The translations under genes and the position numbers were made by a program. The notes under the pieces were generated by a model. That model ran no database searches and was not told the DNA's origin. It saw only the letters and a program-made list of their open reading frames with translations. This document shows positions 48,155 through 59,075 of a stretch of DNA of 64,000 bases, piece by piece. The stretch covers positions 4,426-68,425 of the forward strand of contig CAINHO010000015.1 in assembly GCA_903848935.1 (NCBI GenBank). The letters are read 5' to 3'. The stretch comes from an uncultured Pseudomonadota bacterium. GTDB lineage: Bacteria; Pseudomonadota; Gammaproteobacteria; Methylococcales; Methylomonadaceae. Every line of letters starts with the position of its first letter. Position 1 is the first letter of the stretch.

Positions 48155-49209
48155 GCTTTCGCCTCCGCGATACAAATTTGAGCAACGGTTTCGGTTGCGT
48201 TTAAATAGGCTAATGTTTGAGAAATAGCGCGTCGTTCAGGCAAATTTACACACAATTTTTCAATTTGTTGCGCTAAATTTTCTGCCGTTAAATCATTTTG
48301 TTTTAATAAAATTGCCGCGCCCGATTCGGTTAAATACTTTGCGTTGGCAGTTTGATGGTCATCAATCGCATTGGGTAACGGAATGAAAATAGCGGGAACA
48401 CCCATTGCAGCAACTTCGCTAATTGTCATGGCACCTGCTCGACAAATAACTAAATCTGCCCACGCATAAGCCGCCGCCATATCGTCAATAAATGCGCTGG
48501 CTTCTGCGTTTAATTTCAAAGTTTCGTATTTTTTAGCAACTTCATTTTGCATTGCTACGCCCGTTTGATGACGAATTTGCACCGAATTTTTTAACAACGA
48601 AATCGCATTGGGTACAGTTTCATTCAAGGCTTTCGCGCCTTGACTGCCACCGACAACTAAAATTCTAAGAGTTTCATTTTTTATAAAATTATTTTGATTT
48701 GCAGAATCAACAAAATTTTTTCTAAGCGGATTTCCCGTGCAAATCGCATTAAATTTAGGCGCAAAACTATTCGGGAAACCTTGTAAAACTTTCGTCGCAA
48801 TTTTTGCTAACAAACGATTCGTTGTGCCGACGACGCGATTTTGTTCGTGAATGATGAGCGGAATCCCTAAAAATTTCGCCATCAAACCACCTGGTGCGGC
48901 AACAAATCCACCCATTCCCAAAACCACGTCAGGTTTACGTTGTTTTAAAATTCTTCGCGTTTCAATACATGATTTAGCAAGTTTGAAAATCGCAGTGCAT
49001 TTACTCAACAAGCCTTTGCCACGCAAACCTGAAACTGAAAGCCAGTCAATTTCAATCCCATTTTCAGGAATGACGCGACTTTCTAAACCTGCTTTTGTAC
49101 CAAGCCACGAAACTTTCCAACCTTGTTGTTGCAGAAATTGTGCGACCGCCAACGCAGGAAAAATATGTCCGCCCGTACCGCCTGCCATAATTACAATGCG
49201 TTTAGTCAT
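48151..49209 (-). CDS. murG: undecaprenyldiphospho-muramoylpentapeptide beta-N-acetylglucosaminyltransferase
   Basis: 352 aa. [22 protein letters not shown]. Confidence 0.97.
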   Translation of the reverse strand: MTKRIVIMAGGTGGHIFPALAVAQFLQQQGWKVSWLGTKAGLESRVIPENGIEIDWLSVSGLRGKGLLSKCTAIFKLAKSCIETRRILKQRKPDVVLGMGGFVAAPGGLMAKFLGIPLIIHEQNRVVGTTNRLLAKIATKVLQGFPNSFAPKFNAICTGNPLRKNFVDSANQNNFIKNETLRILVVGGSQGAKALNETVPNAISLLKNSVQIRHQTGVAMQNEVAKKYETLKLNAEASAFIDDMAAAYAWADLVICRAGAMTISEVAAMGVPAIFIPLPNAIDDHQTANAKYLTESGAAILLKQNDLTAENLAQQIEKLCVNLPERRAISQTLAYLNATETVAQICIAEAKA

Positions 49210-50371
49210 GCCAATAACCTTTGGGTAAATTTGCGTTATATTCAGTAATTTCGTGATGAATGCGAAACAGCAACGCCACCGCTAAACACATAATCATCAT
49301 ACTGCCGCCGCCGTAACTCATCAGCGGTAAGGTTAAACCTTTTGTGGGCAATAAACCCATATTTACGCCCATATTTACAAATGCTTGGAAGCCAAACCAA
49401 ATGCCGATGCCGTAAGCGATAAAAGCCGAGAAACGTTCGCCTATTTTTTCAGCCGCCACGCCAATGGCAAAGGATTTCCACACAAATGTGGCGAATAATC
49501 CAATAATTGTCACCACGCCAATCAAGCCTAATTCTTCAGCAATAACAGAGAATAAAAAGTCGGTATGTGCTTCGGGTAAATAAAATAATTTTTGTAAACC
49601 ATTTCCCAAACCTACGCCAAACCATTCGCCGCGACCAAATGAAATCAAGGCTTGTACCAATTGAAAACCTGTTTTCAGCGGGTCAGCCCACGGATCCATA
49701 AAACTGGTGACGCGCTGCCAACGATACGGCGAAAAATACACCAACATTCCCGCCATCAAACCCACGCCAGACAATAATGCGATAAATTGCAAAAGCCGTG
49801 CGCCTGCCAAAAACATTACGCCCATCACGATGATTAAAATCACCACCGACGAGCCAAAATCAGGTTCTAGTAATAACAAAAAACTGACAACGACGAAAAT
49901 ACCTAACGGCTTGAGCAATCCTGTTGAAGATTCTTGAACATCTTTTTGCTGTTTAGTGACGTAATTCGCCATGAAAATCACGGTAAAAAATTTCACAATT
50001 TCAGAAACTTGAATCCGAAACCCTGGAATGTTTAGCCAGCGTGTACTACCGTTCACTTTTACGCCTAAACCAGGAACGAGTACGACTAACAATAATGCCG
50101 CGCTAATTAAAAATGCTTTGCCGCCGTATTCTTTCCAAAAGTGCATCGGGCGATACGCTACGAATGTCGCGGCAATCAAGCCTAAAATCATGTGAACAAA
50201 TTGCCGTTCGGGATAATAAAGCGTGTCATTATTTATTTTCGCACCCAAATGTAACGACGCAGACGACACCATCACAAAACCAATTAACAACAAACTAAAA
50301 CTGACCAATACCAAAACGGGGTCAGTGTGCAGTTTGAAACGAAACGATGCAGGTTTTTCGCGTTTTTTCAC
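49202..50371 (-). CDS. ftsW: lipid II flippase / peptidoglycan glycosyltransferase FtsW
   Basis: 389 aa SEDS protein. PEAHTDF, LPTKGLTLPLMSYGGSS-like motif. dcw position. Confidence 0.95.
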   Translation of the reverse strand: MKKREKPASFRFKLHTDPVLVLVSFSLLLIGFVMVSSASLHLGAKINNDTLYYPERQFVHMILGLIAATFVAYRPMHFWKEYGGKAFLISAALLLVVLVPGLGVKVNGSTRWLNIPGFRIQVSEIVKFFTVIFMANYVTKQQKDVQESSTGLLKPLGIFVVVSFLLLLEPDFGSSVVILIIVMGVMFLAGARLLQFIALLSGVGLMAGMLVYFSPYRWQRVTSFMDPWADPLKTGFQLVQALISFGRGEWFGVGLGNGLQKLFYLPEAHTDFLFSVIAEELGLIGVVTIIGLFATFVWKSFAIGVAAEKIGERFSAFIAYGIGIWFGFQAFVNMGVNMGLLPTKGLTLPLMSYGGGSMMIMCLAVALLFRIHHEITEYNANLPKGYWHD

Positions 50372-51660
50372 GCTGGCAACGCCTCAATCGCCGCAGCAAA
50401 TTGGTTGCCACGGTCTTGATAATTTTTGTATTGATCCAAACTTGCACAGGCGGGTGACAATAAAACGGTGTCGCCAATTTTACTAACGTGTGCCGCAATC
50501 GCCACAACTTCGCGCATATCTTGAGCATGATAAGCGGGAACGATTTCAGATAATAAATTTAATGCGGCTTCGATTTGAGGCGCGTCTTTACCAATTAAAA
50601 TTACCGCTTTAGCTTTGGCAAAAATGACAGGCGCAAGTTCGTTCATGTCTTGCCCTTTGCCTTCGCCGCCTGCAACCAAAATTACTTTTTCATCGTAGCC
50701 TTCCAGTGCGGCAATGCACGCACCGATATTCGTGGCTTTGGAATCATTGACCCAGTTGATACCGTTTTTCGTGCTGACTTTTTCCATTCGGTGATGCAAA
50801 GCTTTAAATTTTTGTAACGCTTCGCACATTTTGACTGAATCCAAACCAACTGCTGTGCCTAATGCTAATGCTGCCAGCGCATTCGCAGCATTGTGTTTGC
50901 CTTCGAGTGGTAAATCTGCAAGCGACATCAAAACGTTTTCATCGTGCATCAAATTATTGTCAGCTAAATAAAAATCCGCTTTTTGTTTAATTGAAAAGGT
51001 AAGCGTTTTACGCGATTCATCACGCATCGCTGCAACCATTTCGTCATCTACATTTAAAACTATTACACCATCACCGCTAAAAATTACTTGTTTGGCTTGT
51101 GCGTAATTTTCTAAATCATCGTGACGGTCTAAATGGTCAGCCGAAATGTTTAAAACCGTTGCTGCTGCGGCATTTAAAACGTGAGAACGCTCAAGTTGAA
51201 AACTCGATAATTCCAACATGTAAAATTCCGCCGCATCGTCGAGTAAATCCAAAGCAGGTTTGCCCAAATTTCCGCCTACGCCGACATTTTTACCACAAGC
51301 TCGCGCCATATCGCCGAGCATTGTAGTGACGGTACTTTTGCCGTTCGCGCCCGTAATTCCAATGATTGGCACGTTCACAACCGCCGCGAATAAATCAATA
51401 TCACTGACCAACTTTGCACCAGAATTTAATGCAGTGGCAATCGTTGGTTCAGAAAGCGCAACACCTGGGCTGATGATTAAATGTGTCGCGTCTTTAAAGG
51501 TTTCAAATGTGAAAGTAGCTTTTCGGCTATCAACTGTTGAAAAAGGTAAGTCTTGCGCTTGCAAAAAATTGGCAACCGATGTTCCCGTAATGCCTTCACC
51601 AACGACAATAATTTTAGATTCTGCTGTTAAATCGAATTTTTCTTTTAATATATTTTTCAT
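50368..51660 (-). CDS. murD: UDP-N-acetylmuramoylalanine--D-glutamate ligase
   Basis: 430 aa. GITGANGKSTV, Mur ligase central and C-terminal domains. dcw position. Confidence 0.96.
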   Translation of the reverse strand: MKNILKEKFDLTAESKIIVVGEGITGTSVANFLQAQDLPFSTVDSRKATFTFETFKDATHLIISPGVALSEPTIATALNSGAKLVSDIDLFAAVVNVPIIGITGANGKSTVTTMLGDMARACGKNVGVGGNLGKPALDLLDDAAEFYMLELSSFQLERSHVLNAAAATVLNISADHLDRHDDLENYAQAKQVIFSGDGVIVLNVDDEMVAAMRDESRKTLTFSIKQKADFYLADNNLMHDENVLMSLADLPLEGKHNAANALAALALGTAVGLDSVKMCEALQKFKALHHRMEKVSTKNGINWVNDSKATNIGACIAALEGYDEKVILVAGGEGKGQDMNELAPVIFAKAKAVILIGKDAPQIEAALNLLSEIVPAYHAQDMREVVAIAAHVSKIGDTVLLSPACASLDQYKNYQDRGNQFAAAIEALPA

Positions 51661-51663
51661 GAT

Positions 51664-52746
51664 TTATCTCAACTTCAAGGTCGCCAAACCAATCAACACT
51701 AAAATTACGGTGATAATCCAAAAACGTACAATTACACGCGGTTCTGGCCAGCCTTTGAGTTCAAAATGGTGGTGAATCGGAGCCATTCTGAAAACACGTT
51801 TTCCTGTCAATTTGAACGATAACACTTGAATCATGACCGATAACGTTTCCATCACAAATACGCCGCCCATAATGACTAAAACCATTTCTTGACGCACCAA
51901 AACCGCCAATGTGCCGAGTGACGCACCTAACGCTAACGCACCGACATCGCCCATGAAAACCATCGCGGGATATGTGTTAAACCATAAAAAGCCTAACCCC
52001 GCGCCAACTAATGCCGCGCAAAAAATCACTAATTCACCGGCGTGCGGTAAAGACGGAATCGCTAAATACTGTGAAAATGTCGCGTGTCCCGACAAATATG
52101 CAAAAACGCCTAAACCTGTTGCCACCATGACCGTCGGCATAATCGCCAACCCGTCCAAACCATCGGTGAGATTGACTGCGTTGCTCGTGCCGACAATGAC
52201 GAAATAGACAAATACAACGTAAAACCAGCCCATATCAAACACAACGTCTTTGAAAAATGGCACAATCAATTGCGTTTCAGCAGGTAACGTCGCCGTTTTA
52301 AATAAAAATAACGCCGCTGCAAAACCAATAATCGATTGCCATAAATACTTTGAACGCGCCGAAAGTCCGTCGCTATTGCCTTTGACAACTTTTCGATAGT
52401 CGTCAATAAAACCAATCACACCATAACCCAGCGTTACCAACAAAATGACCCAAACGTAACGATTGCTCAAATCTGCCCACAACAAGGTTGTAATCGTAAT
52501 CGCCACCAAAATCAACGCTCCGCCCATCGTCGGCGTACCGGCTTTTTCATAATGGCTTTGAGGCCCAAGCTCACGAATACTTTGTCCGATTTTGTTCCGG
52601 CTTAATTTACAAATCATCCAAGGTCCAATAATGAACGAAATCAGCAACGAAGTCAGAACCGCTAAAATCGCTCGAAACGTCAAATAATGAAAGACGTGAA
52701 AACCGCTGTCGAAGCTCGTTAGGTAATCGGCGAAATAAAATAACAT
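51664..52746 (-). CDS. mraY: phospho-N-acetylmuramoyl-pentapeptide transferase
   Basis: 360 aa. [39 protein letters not shown]. Confidence 0.98.
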   Translation of the reverse strand: MLFYFADYLTSFDSGFHVFHYLTFRAILAVLTSLLISFIIGPWMICKLSRNKIGQSIRELGPQSHYEKAGTPTMGGALILVAITITTLLWADLSNRYVWVILLVTLGYGVIGFIDDYRKVVKGNSDGLSARSKYLWQSIIGFAAALFLFKTATLPAETQLIVPFFKDVVFDMGWFYVVFVYFVIVGTSNAVNLTDGLDGLAIMPTVMVATGLGVFAYLSGHATFSQYLAIPSLPHAGELVIFCAALVGAGLGFLWFNTYPAMVFMGDVGALALGASLGTLAVLVRQEMVLVIMGGVFVMETLSVMIQVLSFKLTGKRVFRMAPIHHHFELKGWPEPRVIVRFWIITVILVLIGLATLKLR

Positions 52747-52749
52747 GGC

Positions 52750-54114
52750 TTAAAATCCTGTAGGGTCTACTAAAACAGCGGTGACATTTTCCATGTGTTG
52801 TGACCGTGAGCCTTTAATTAAAATAGTTTCGCTGCCTGTTAATTCAGGGATTAACACGGCGAGTAATTCAGTTTGTGAAGCGAAATATAGAGCCTTTTCA
52901 CCAAACGCAGCGACAGTTTGTTTTGTTAATTCACCCACCGCAAATAAGCGTTTCACGCCGGCATTTTTTAAGGTTTCGCCCATTTCAAAATGCAATTTTT
53001 CGGTGTCATCGCCCAATTCGCCAAACGCGCCTAAAACAACCCAATGTTCGCCGTCACATTTTGCTAAAACGTCCAACGCTGCTTTTAACGACGACGTGTT
53101 GGCGTTGTAAGTGTCGTTGATAACCGTACAGCCTTTTTGTCCACGCAGTAATTGCAAACGACCTTTGACGGGCGACATTGATTCTAAGCCTTGTTTGATT
53201 TGCGCTAACGGAATGCCGATTGTTAACGTCGCCGCTGTTGCGGCAAGCGCATTTAAAACATTGTGATTTCCAGCCAAAGGCAGATTCACACGACTCTCAC
53301 TGTCAGCTGTTTTTAAATCAAAACGCGTTATAAATTGATGATTTTTAATTTTTACGTCGATATTTTCAGCGTGAACATCGGCATTTTCATGCAATCCAAA
53401 CGTGATAATTTTTCGTGAACCTGCGACGCTTTGCCAATAATCAAAAAACGCATCGTCATGATTTAAGACTACCACGCCGTTTGAATTCAGCGTTTCAATG
53501 ATTTCGCCTTTCGCACGCGCCGCGCCGTTCACATCGCCAAAACCTTCCAAATGTGCCGCGCCAACGTTAGTAATAATTGCTACATCGGGGGCTGCTAAAC
53601 GGCTGGTGTAAGTGATTTCGCCCAAATGATTTGCGCCCATTTCAATCACCGCATAACGATTTTCGGACGATAATTTTAATAAAGTTAATGGCACACCGAT
53701 GTCGTTGTTCAAATTGCCTTGCGTGAAAAGTACCGAATCATTCACGCCTAAAATTGCCGCGAGCATTTCTTTTGTAGTGGTTTTGCCGTTGCTACCTGTT
53801 ACGCCGACGATTTTCGTAGTCACTTTTCTGCGCCACACATTCGCTAATTTTCCCAGCGCATAATGTGTGTTATCAACTAAAATTTGTGGCAAATCGGTTG
53901 TTAATTTTTTATGCGTTAAAACAGCGATTGCATCAGCGTCTTTTGCAGATTCAACAAAATCGTGACCATCGAAATTTTTACCTTCAATGGCAATATAAAG
54001 TTGCCCCGCTTTTAATGTTCTTGTGTCGATGCTTACGCCCGTTGCGACAAGGTCTGCGCCAATCAATGTGCCATTTACACAAGCCGCGATTTCATTCAAA
54101 TTCATTTTAATCAT
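52750..54114 (-). CDS. murF: UDP-N-acetylmuramoyl-tripeptide--D-alanyl-D-alanine ligase
   Basis: 454 aa. GVTGSNGKTTTKEM, DDAFF..., Mur ligase domains. dcw position. Confidence 0.96.
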   Translation of the reverse strand: MIKMNLNEIAACVNGTLIGADLVATGVSIDTRTLKAGQLYIAIEGKNFDGHDFVESAKDADAIAVLTHKKLTTDLPQILVDNTHYALGKLANVWRRKVTTKIVGVTGSNGKTTTKEMLAAILGVNDSVLFTQGNLNNDIGVPLTLLKLSSENRYAVIEMGANHLGEITYTSRLAAPDVAIITNVGAAHLEGFGDVNGAARAKGEIIETLNSNGVVVLNHDDAFFDYWQSVAGSRKIITFGLHENADVHAENIDVKIKNHQFITRFDLKTADSESRVNLPLAGNHNVLNALAATAATLTIGIPLAQIKQGLESMSPVKGRLQLLRGQKGCTVINDTYNANTSSLKAALDVLAKCDGEHWVVLGAFGELGDDTEKLHFEMGETLKNAGVKRLFAVGELTKQTVAAFGEKALYFASQTELLAVLIPELTGSETILIKGSRSQHMENVTAVLVDPTGF

Positions 54115-55565
54115 AATTGTGCCATTATTTCACGGACACATTCTGCGTCATTAAAAGGGAACTGTACGCCGTTAATTTCTTGGTAATTTTCGTGACCTTT
54201 GCCGGCAATTAGTATGCAATCTTGCGCGGTAGCTGTTTCGATGGCATTACGAATCGCTCTGGCGCGGTCATGAATAACTTTCGCTTCGTTATCCAAACAG
54301 CCACTTAAAATATCTAACACAATGGCTTCGTTCGATTCAAAACGCGGATTGTCGTCAGTGATGATGACCCAATCGGCAAACTGCTCTGCGACTTGCCCCA
54401 TTTGCGGACGTTTGCCCTTGTCGCGATTTCCACCGCAGCCAAAAACTACGCCTAATTTTCCTTTGGTATGTAATCGCAAACTTGCTAAAACTTTTTCGAG
54501 TGCGTCGGTAGTGTGAGCGTAATCGACGATGACTAATGGTTGATTATTTTCACCGCCAAAACGTTCCATGCGTCCATCGACGGATTTTAAATTCGTTAAA
54601 CGGTTTGCTGCGTCATCGAGTTCAATGCCTAATTTCAACATTACCGCCAATACACACAACACATTTTCTAAATTGAAAAGCCCGATTAACGGAACGTGTA
54701 AGGCTTGTTTTTGATTTTGCCAAAGCGCATCAAATTGAATGCCGTTCAAATTTAACTCGATATTTTCTGCGCTTAATGTTTGACCACGAACCGCGATTTT
54801 ATCTTTGGTCGTTACGCCAATAATCGTCACATTTTTAGGAATGGCAGCAATGATTTTTTCGCTGATTTCGTCATCTAAATTGATAACTGCGAATTCGAGT
54901 TGTGGCGTGTTGAACAGTTTTAATTTGGTTTCTAAATACGCTTCCATTGTGCTGTGATAATCTAAATGGTCGCGACTGAAATTAGTAAAAATCGCACCTT
55001 TGAATTTCACGCTATTCACGCGACCTTGTGCTAAACCGTGTGATGACACTTCCATTGCGACATTTTTGCAACCGTCATTTTTCAACGTCTCTAACATTTT
55101 TTGAACAGCTAAAGCATCAGGTGTGGTGTTTAACGTTTGTTTTAATTCGCCGATTTTTCCCCAACCGATTGTGCCGATTACGCTGCAATTGTCTAAAGCT
55201 TGTGCTAAAAATTGACTGCAAGATGTTTTGCCATTTGTACCGGTAATGCCGATGACGTTCATTTCGTGCGAAGGTTCACCGTAAAAACGTGCCGCAATGT
55301 CACTTAAGTTTTTTGCCAAATCTTTAATGGAGATTTTTAAAACACGGGTATCGGTAAGAAATCCGTCAGCAATTTTTGCATCTTCGCTATCAAATAAAAT
55401 AGCGATTGCACCTTTTTCAATGGCTGATTTTGCATAACTTAAACCATGATGATTCGCGCCATTCAACGCAATAAAAATACTGCCTTCGATAATTCCGTTA
55501 CTGTTCAAGGCTAAACTTGAAACGATTAAATCGCTGTCAAAATCAAGTAAGTCTGAAATTCTCAT
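54111..55565 (-). CDS. murE: UDP-N-acetylmuramoyl-L-alanyl-D-glutamate--2,6-diaminopimelate ligase
   Basis: 484 aa. GITGTNGKTS, DYAHTTDALEK, GCGGNRDKGKRP (DNPR-type mDAP motif ITDDNPR). Confidence 0.96.
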   Translation of the reverse strand: MRISDLLDFDSDLIVSSLALNSNGIIEGSIFIALNGANHHGLSYAKSAIEKGAIAILFDSEDAKIADGFLTDTRVLKISIKDLAKNLSDIAARFYGEPSHEMNVIGITGTNGKTSCSQFLAQALDNCSVIGTIGWGKIGELKQTLNTTPDALAVQKMLETLKNDGCKNVAMEVSSHGLAQGRVNSVKFKGAIFTNFSRDHLDYHSTMEAYLETKLKLFNTPQLEFAVINLDDEISEKIIAAIPKNVTIIGVTTKDKIAVRGQTLSAENIELNLNGIQFDALWQNQKQALHVPLIGLFNLENVLCVLAVMLKLGIELDDAANRLTNLKSVDGRMERFGGENNQPLVIVDYAHTTDALEKVLASLRLHTKGKLGVVFGCGGNRDKGKRPQMGQVAEQFADWVIITDDNPRFESNEAIVLDILSGCLDNEAKVIHDRARAIRNAIETATAQDCILIAGKGHENYQEINGVQFPFNDAECVREIMAQL

Positions 55566-57289
55566 TGTGTTTTACCCATCAATAAAACTGGCATATTGTC
55601 CGATTGGTCGGGTGCAACTTCGAGAATTCGTAACGCGCCACTCATCACTTTTGAAAATACAGGTGCAGATACAATCCCGCCGTAATACTGACCTGCTGAA
55701 GGCTCATCAATCATGACAACGATAATTAAACGTGGATTACTTGCGGGAGCCATGCCTGCAAAAACTGAAAAATAACTATTTTCAACATAACCACCAGCCC
55801 CTGCTTTTTTAACCGTTCCTGTTTTACCCGCAACGCTGTAGCCATCAACTCGCGCTTCGTAAGCTGTACCATCTTTAGAAATAACTGTTTCCATCATCGC
55901 CCGAACACTTTTTGCGGTTCGACTGGTGAAAATACGTTTCGGTTCGGGGTCTTCATCACGTTTAAATAAACTCACCGAATGTAAAATCCCGTTATCAGCC
56001 AATGCCGTGTAAGAACGTGCTAATTGCAACGCCGTCGAGCTTAAGCCATAACCAAATGACAGCGTGGCGCGGTCAAAAGGCTTCCAATTTTCATAATCTA
56101 ATAAACTACCACTGGCTTCGGTAGGAAAGCCGGATGCGGTCGATTCACCAAAACCAAGTTGATGATAAACCTCCCAAAAATACTTCGGCGGCATTCGTAA
56201 TGCCATTTGACTGACCGCGATATTACTTGATTTTTTAATTACACCCGTTAAATCCAGCGTGCCGTAATTGTGAACATCTTTGACAACGTGTGTGCCGATT
56301 TCAAAACTGCCGTTGGTTTCAAAAGTTTCATCGGGACGAACATAATGTCCGTCTAAAGCCGCTGCAACAACAAACGGTTTCACAGTCGAACCGGGTTCAA
56401 AAACATCGGTCAATGCCCGATTGCGGTATAAATTTTCTTTTAAACTTTTACGCATATTCGGATTAAAAGATGGCTGATTGACAGCGGCTAAAATTTCGCC
56501 ATTTTTTGCGTCTAAAACCACGAGTGAAGCAGATTTTGCGTGATTGATTGTAACGGCGTGCGCCAATTCTCGATAAGCTAAATACTGAATGCGTTGGTCG
56601 ATGCTTAATTCTAAGGTTTTGCCAGCAATGGGTTCTTTGATATTTTCAACGTCATCAATAATTTGCCTTTTGCCATCACGAATGACGCGCTTGCTTCCTG
56701 CAACGCCCCGCAATAAATGATCGTAAGCCGCCTCTAAACCTTCTTGACCTTTATCGTCTAAATCGGTAAAACCAATTAAATGCGCTGCCACGCCACCTGT
56801 CGGATAAAAACGTTTAAATTCACGTTCAGAATAAACGCCCGACAGTTTCAAATTTTTCACTTGTTCCGCTAAATTTGGGCTAACTTGTCGCGCCAAATAT
56901 GCAAACTGTTTGTGTGGGTCGGTTAGGAATTCTTCAATTTTTCCATCTTCCAAATTCAACAACCGATTAAGTTGTTTAATTTGTTGGCGCGTTGCGGTAA
57001 TTTTAAACTCTTGCGGGTTAATCCAAATAGATTCAACCGGCGTACTAATCGCAAGTGGCGCACCATTTCTATCTCGAATCATGCCGCGATATGCAAAAAC
57101 AGGTACGTCGCTGACGTGGCGCATATCGCCTTGTTCTTTTAAAAATTCTTTGTCGAAAACCTGCAAACTAACCGCTTTACCCACTAAAATCAGCATTCCC
57201 GCGATAATCGTACCTAAAACCCAACGCCGACGAATCGAATAGTCGTGGGTAAATAGGGTGGCTTCGTTTTTATGTCGTCGATACTTCAT
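55562..57289 (-). CDS. ftsI: peptidoglycan D,D-transpeptidase FtsI (PBP3)
   Basis: 575 aa. N-terminal TM, STVKP (SxxK), SSN, KTGT motifs. Confidence 0.96.
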   Translation of the reverse strand: MKYRRHKNEATLFTHDYSIRRRWVLGTIIAGMLILVGKAVSLQVFDKEFLKEQGDMRHVSDVPVFAYRGMIRDRNGAPLAISTPVESIWINPQEFKITATRQQIKQLNRLLNLEDGKIEEFLTDPHKQFAYLARQVSPNLAEQVKNLKLSGVYSEREFKRFYPTGGVAAHLIGFTDLDDKGQEGLEAAYDHLLRGVAGSKRVIRDGKRQIIDDVENIKEPIAGKTLELSIDQRIQYLAYRELAHAVTINHAKSASLVVLDAKNGEILAAVNQPSFNPNMRKSLKENLYRNRALTDVFEPGSTVKPFVVAAALDGHYVRPDETFETNGSFEIGTHVVKDVHNYGTLDLTGVIKKSSNIAVSQMALRMPPKYFWEVYHQLGFGESTASGFPTEASGSLLDYENWKPFDRATLSFGYGLSSTALQLARSYTALADNGILHSVSLFKRDEDPEPKRIFTSRTAKSVRAMMETVISKDGTAYEARVDGYSVAGKTGTVKKAGAGGYVENSYFSVFAGMAPASNPRLIIVVMIDEPSAGQYYGGIVSAPVFSKVMSGALRILEVAPDQSDNMPVLLMGKTQ

Positions 57290-57555
57290 CAGGGTTTGAT
57301 ATAAATGATTTTTTCGCGTGCTGGTAGCACTAATTTCAACTGTTCACGCGCTACTTGTTCAACACGATTTTGTTCGGCAAGTGTGGTGAGTTCAAGTTGT
57401 AATTGTCCCCACGCGACTTCGTATTGATCGAGTAATTTTTCTTGTTTTTGGATTTCGATAAAAATTAAGCGCGAATTATATTTTTTATAAATCACCATCA
57501 ATGCCGATACCAGCAAAATGGAAATTAAAATACTCATGCCTAAAAATCGCACCAT
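57289..57555 (-). CDS. ftsL: cell division protein FtsL
   Basis: Small bitopic protein MVRFLGMSILISILLVSALMVIYKKY... followed by a coiled coil, located between rsmH and ftsI. ATG 57555 lies 4 nt after the rsmH stop; the track's 57615 start overlaps rsmH. Confidence 0.85.
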   Translation of the reverse strand: MVRFLGMSILISILLVSALMVIYKKYNSRLIFIEIQKQEKLLDQYEVAWGQLQLELTTLAEQNRVEQVAREQLKLVLPAREKIIYIKP

Positions 57556-57559
57556 AAAA

Positions 57560-58492
57560 TCAAACTCGTTCTGCGACACGCAAAACGGCACTGCGCGAGC
57601 GAGAATTTTGTGCAATTTCGTCAGCCGTAGGTTTTATGGCTTTGCTTAATACGTTCAAAACGCCTTTTTCAATGTCTGCCTCTTTGATTGGTAATTTGCC
57701 GACATTACGTTTTACACCTGATTCGTCGCGCATAAAACGTTTGACGATACGGTCTTCAAGCGAATGGAACGAAATTACAACCAATCGACCGTGTGAATTT
57801 AGCACTTTTGTCGTTTGTTCCAAAACCGAAGTCAGTTCACCGAGTTCGTTATTGACCGCAATCCGAATGGCTTGGAAGCTGCGTGTTGCAGGGTGTTTAT
57901 GTTTTTCACGAAATGGAATTGTGTCTTCAATGAGTTTTGCTAATTGGTGTGTCGTTTTGATGGGTTGAATTGTTCGTGTAGTAACAATTGCATTTGCGAT
58001 TCGCCGAGCAAAACGCTCTTCGCCGAAATCAAACAAAACGTGTGTTAAGGTTTTTTCGTCGATTTGTGCAAGCCATTCAGCGGCAGATAAACCTTGCATG
58101 GTATCCATTCGCATATCGAGCGTGCCGTCGTTCATGAAACTAAAACCACGAGTTTCATCATCGAGTTGCGGAGAAGAAACGCCTAAATCCAGCAAAATAC
58201 CGTCAACTTTTCCATTTAATTCCAATTCAGTAATGACTTTTTCCATTTCTGAAAAGGGTGCATGAATTAACTGGAAACGTGAATCGTGTGATAGTTGTTG
58301 GGCGCGTTCACAATGAATTGCGGTGTCGTCGCGGTCAAACGCAATCAACCGACCATTTTCACCAAGTGCTTTTAAAATGCGTTGACTGTGTCCGCCGCGT
58401 CCAAATGTTCCATCTATGTACACACCATTTGGGTTGATTGCTAAATGGTGCAATGCTTCTTCGAGCATTACGGATAAATGGATCATTAACAA
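57560..58492 (-). CDS. rsmH: 16S rRNA (cytosine1402-N4)-methyltransferase RsmH (first ATG at 58486; 58492 is TTG)
   Basis: HLSVMLEEALHHL...YIDGTFGRGGHS, DLGVSSPQLD, ISFHSLEDRIVK. Confidence 0.96.
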   Translation of the reverse strand: MLMIHLSVMLEEALHHLAINPNGVYIDGTFGRGGHSQRILKALGENGRLIAFDRDDTAIHCERAQQLSHDSRFQLIHAPFSEMEKVITELELNGKVDGILLDLGVSSPQLDDETRGFSFMNDGTLDMRMDTMQGLSAAEWLAQIDEKTLTHVLFDFGEERFARRIANAIVTTRTIQPIKTTHQLAKLIEDTIPFREKHKHPATRSFQAIRIAVNNELGELTSVLEQTTKVLNSHGRLVVISFHSLEDRIVKRFMRDESGVKRNVGKLPIKEADIEKGVLNVLSKAIKPTADEIAQNSRSRSAVLRVAERV

Positions 58493-58710
58493 ATTCTTCC
58501 GTTGTTAAAAAGCTATAAAAAAAGCCCTATCGGGCGTTGAATTCGTTCAATATAGATTTCAAATAAGCCTTAGTCAAGCGTGAATTCAATTAGAAATCTT
58601 GTTGTATTGTTAAGGGGTTACGTCTTTTTGAATGGTTAAAAATAAATGCCGCGTTATATCAAAGCGTTATTCATTTTTAGTTATAAACTACTTTAAGTCA
58701 TTCGAGTATT

Positions 58711-59071
58711 AGGTGAAAGAGTTAGCCTGTAAGCCGGATTTTGTCGTGGACAGTCATTCATCTAGGCGACAAATCACTTTGTCGCTCAAGCAATCTACCC
58801 AAAAGCCGCCAGGGCGGACGAATGCTTTCCTATTTGATCTTGCTCCGAGTGGGGTTTTCACTGCCACACCTGTTACCAGTTGCGCGGTGCGCTCTTACCG
58901 CACCATTTCAACCTTACTGATTCGCCGAAACGAATTTAGCGGTATATTTTCTGCTGCACTTTCCGTAGGCTCACGCCCCCCAGTCATTATCTGGCACTCT
59001 GCCCAGTGGAGTCCGGACTTTCCTCCCTTCTATCATTACAATAAAACGGCGACTGCCCAGCCAACTCTTTC
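58711..59071 (-). ncRNA. rnpB: RNase P RNA, bacterial type A
   Basis: The reverse complement reads GAAAGAGTTGGCTGGGCAGTCGCCG...GGGAGGAAAGTCCGGACTCCACTGGGCAGAGTGCCAG...GGTGCGGTAAGAGCGCACCGCGC...GGAGCAAG...CCTAGATGAATGACTGTCCACGACAAAATCCGGCTTACAGGCTAACTCTTTCACCT. It is colinear with E. coli M1 RNA, including the universally conserved GGAAAGTCCGG and ACAGAA-CCGGCTTA blocks. End coordinates are approximate to about 5 nt. Confidence 0.93.
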
Positions 59072-59075
59072 GCGT

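Noticed and set aside
58493-58710. Looked for a degraded mraZ between rnpB and rsmH.
   Set aside because: I could read no frame with MraZ-like (SpoVT/AbrB repeat) sequence, and the interval is too short. It is reported as absence, not as a pseudogene.
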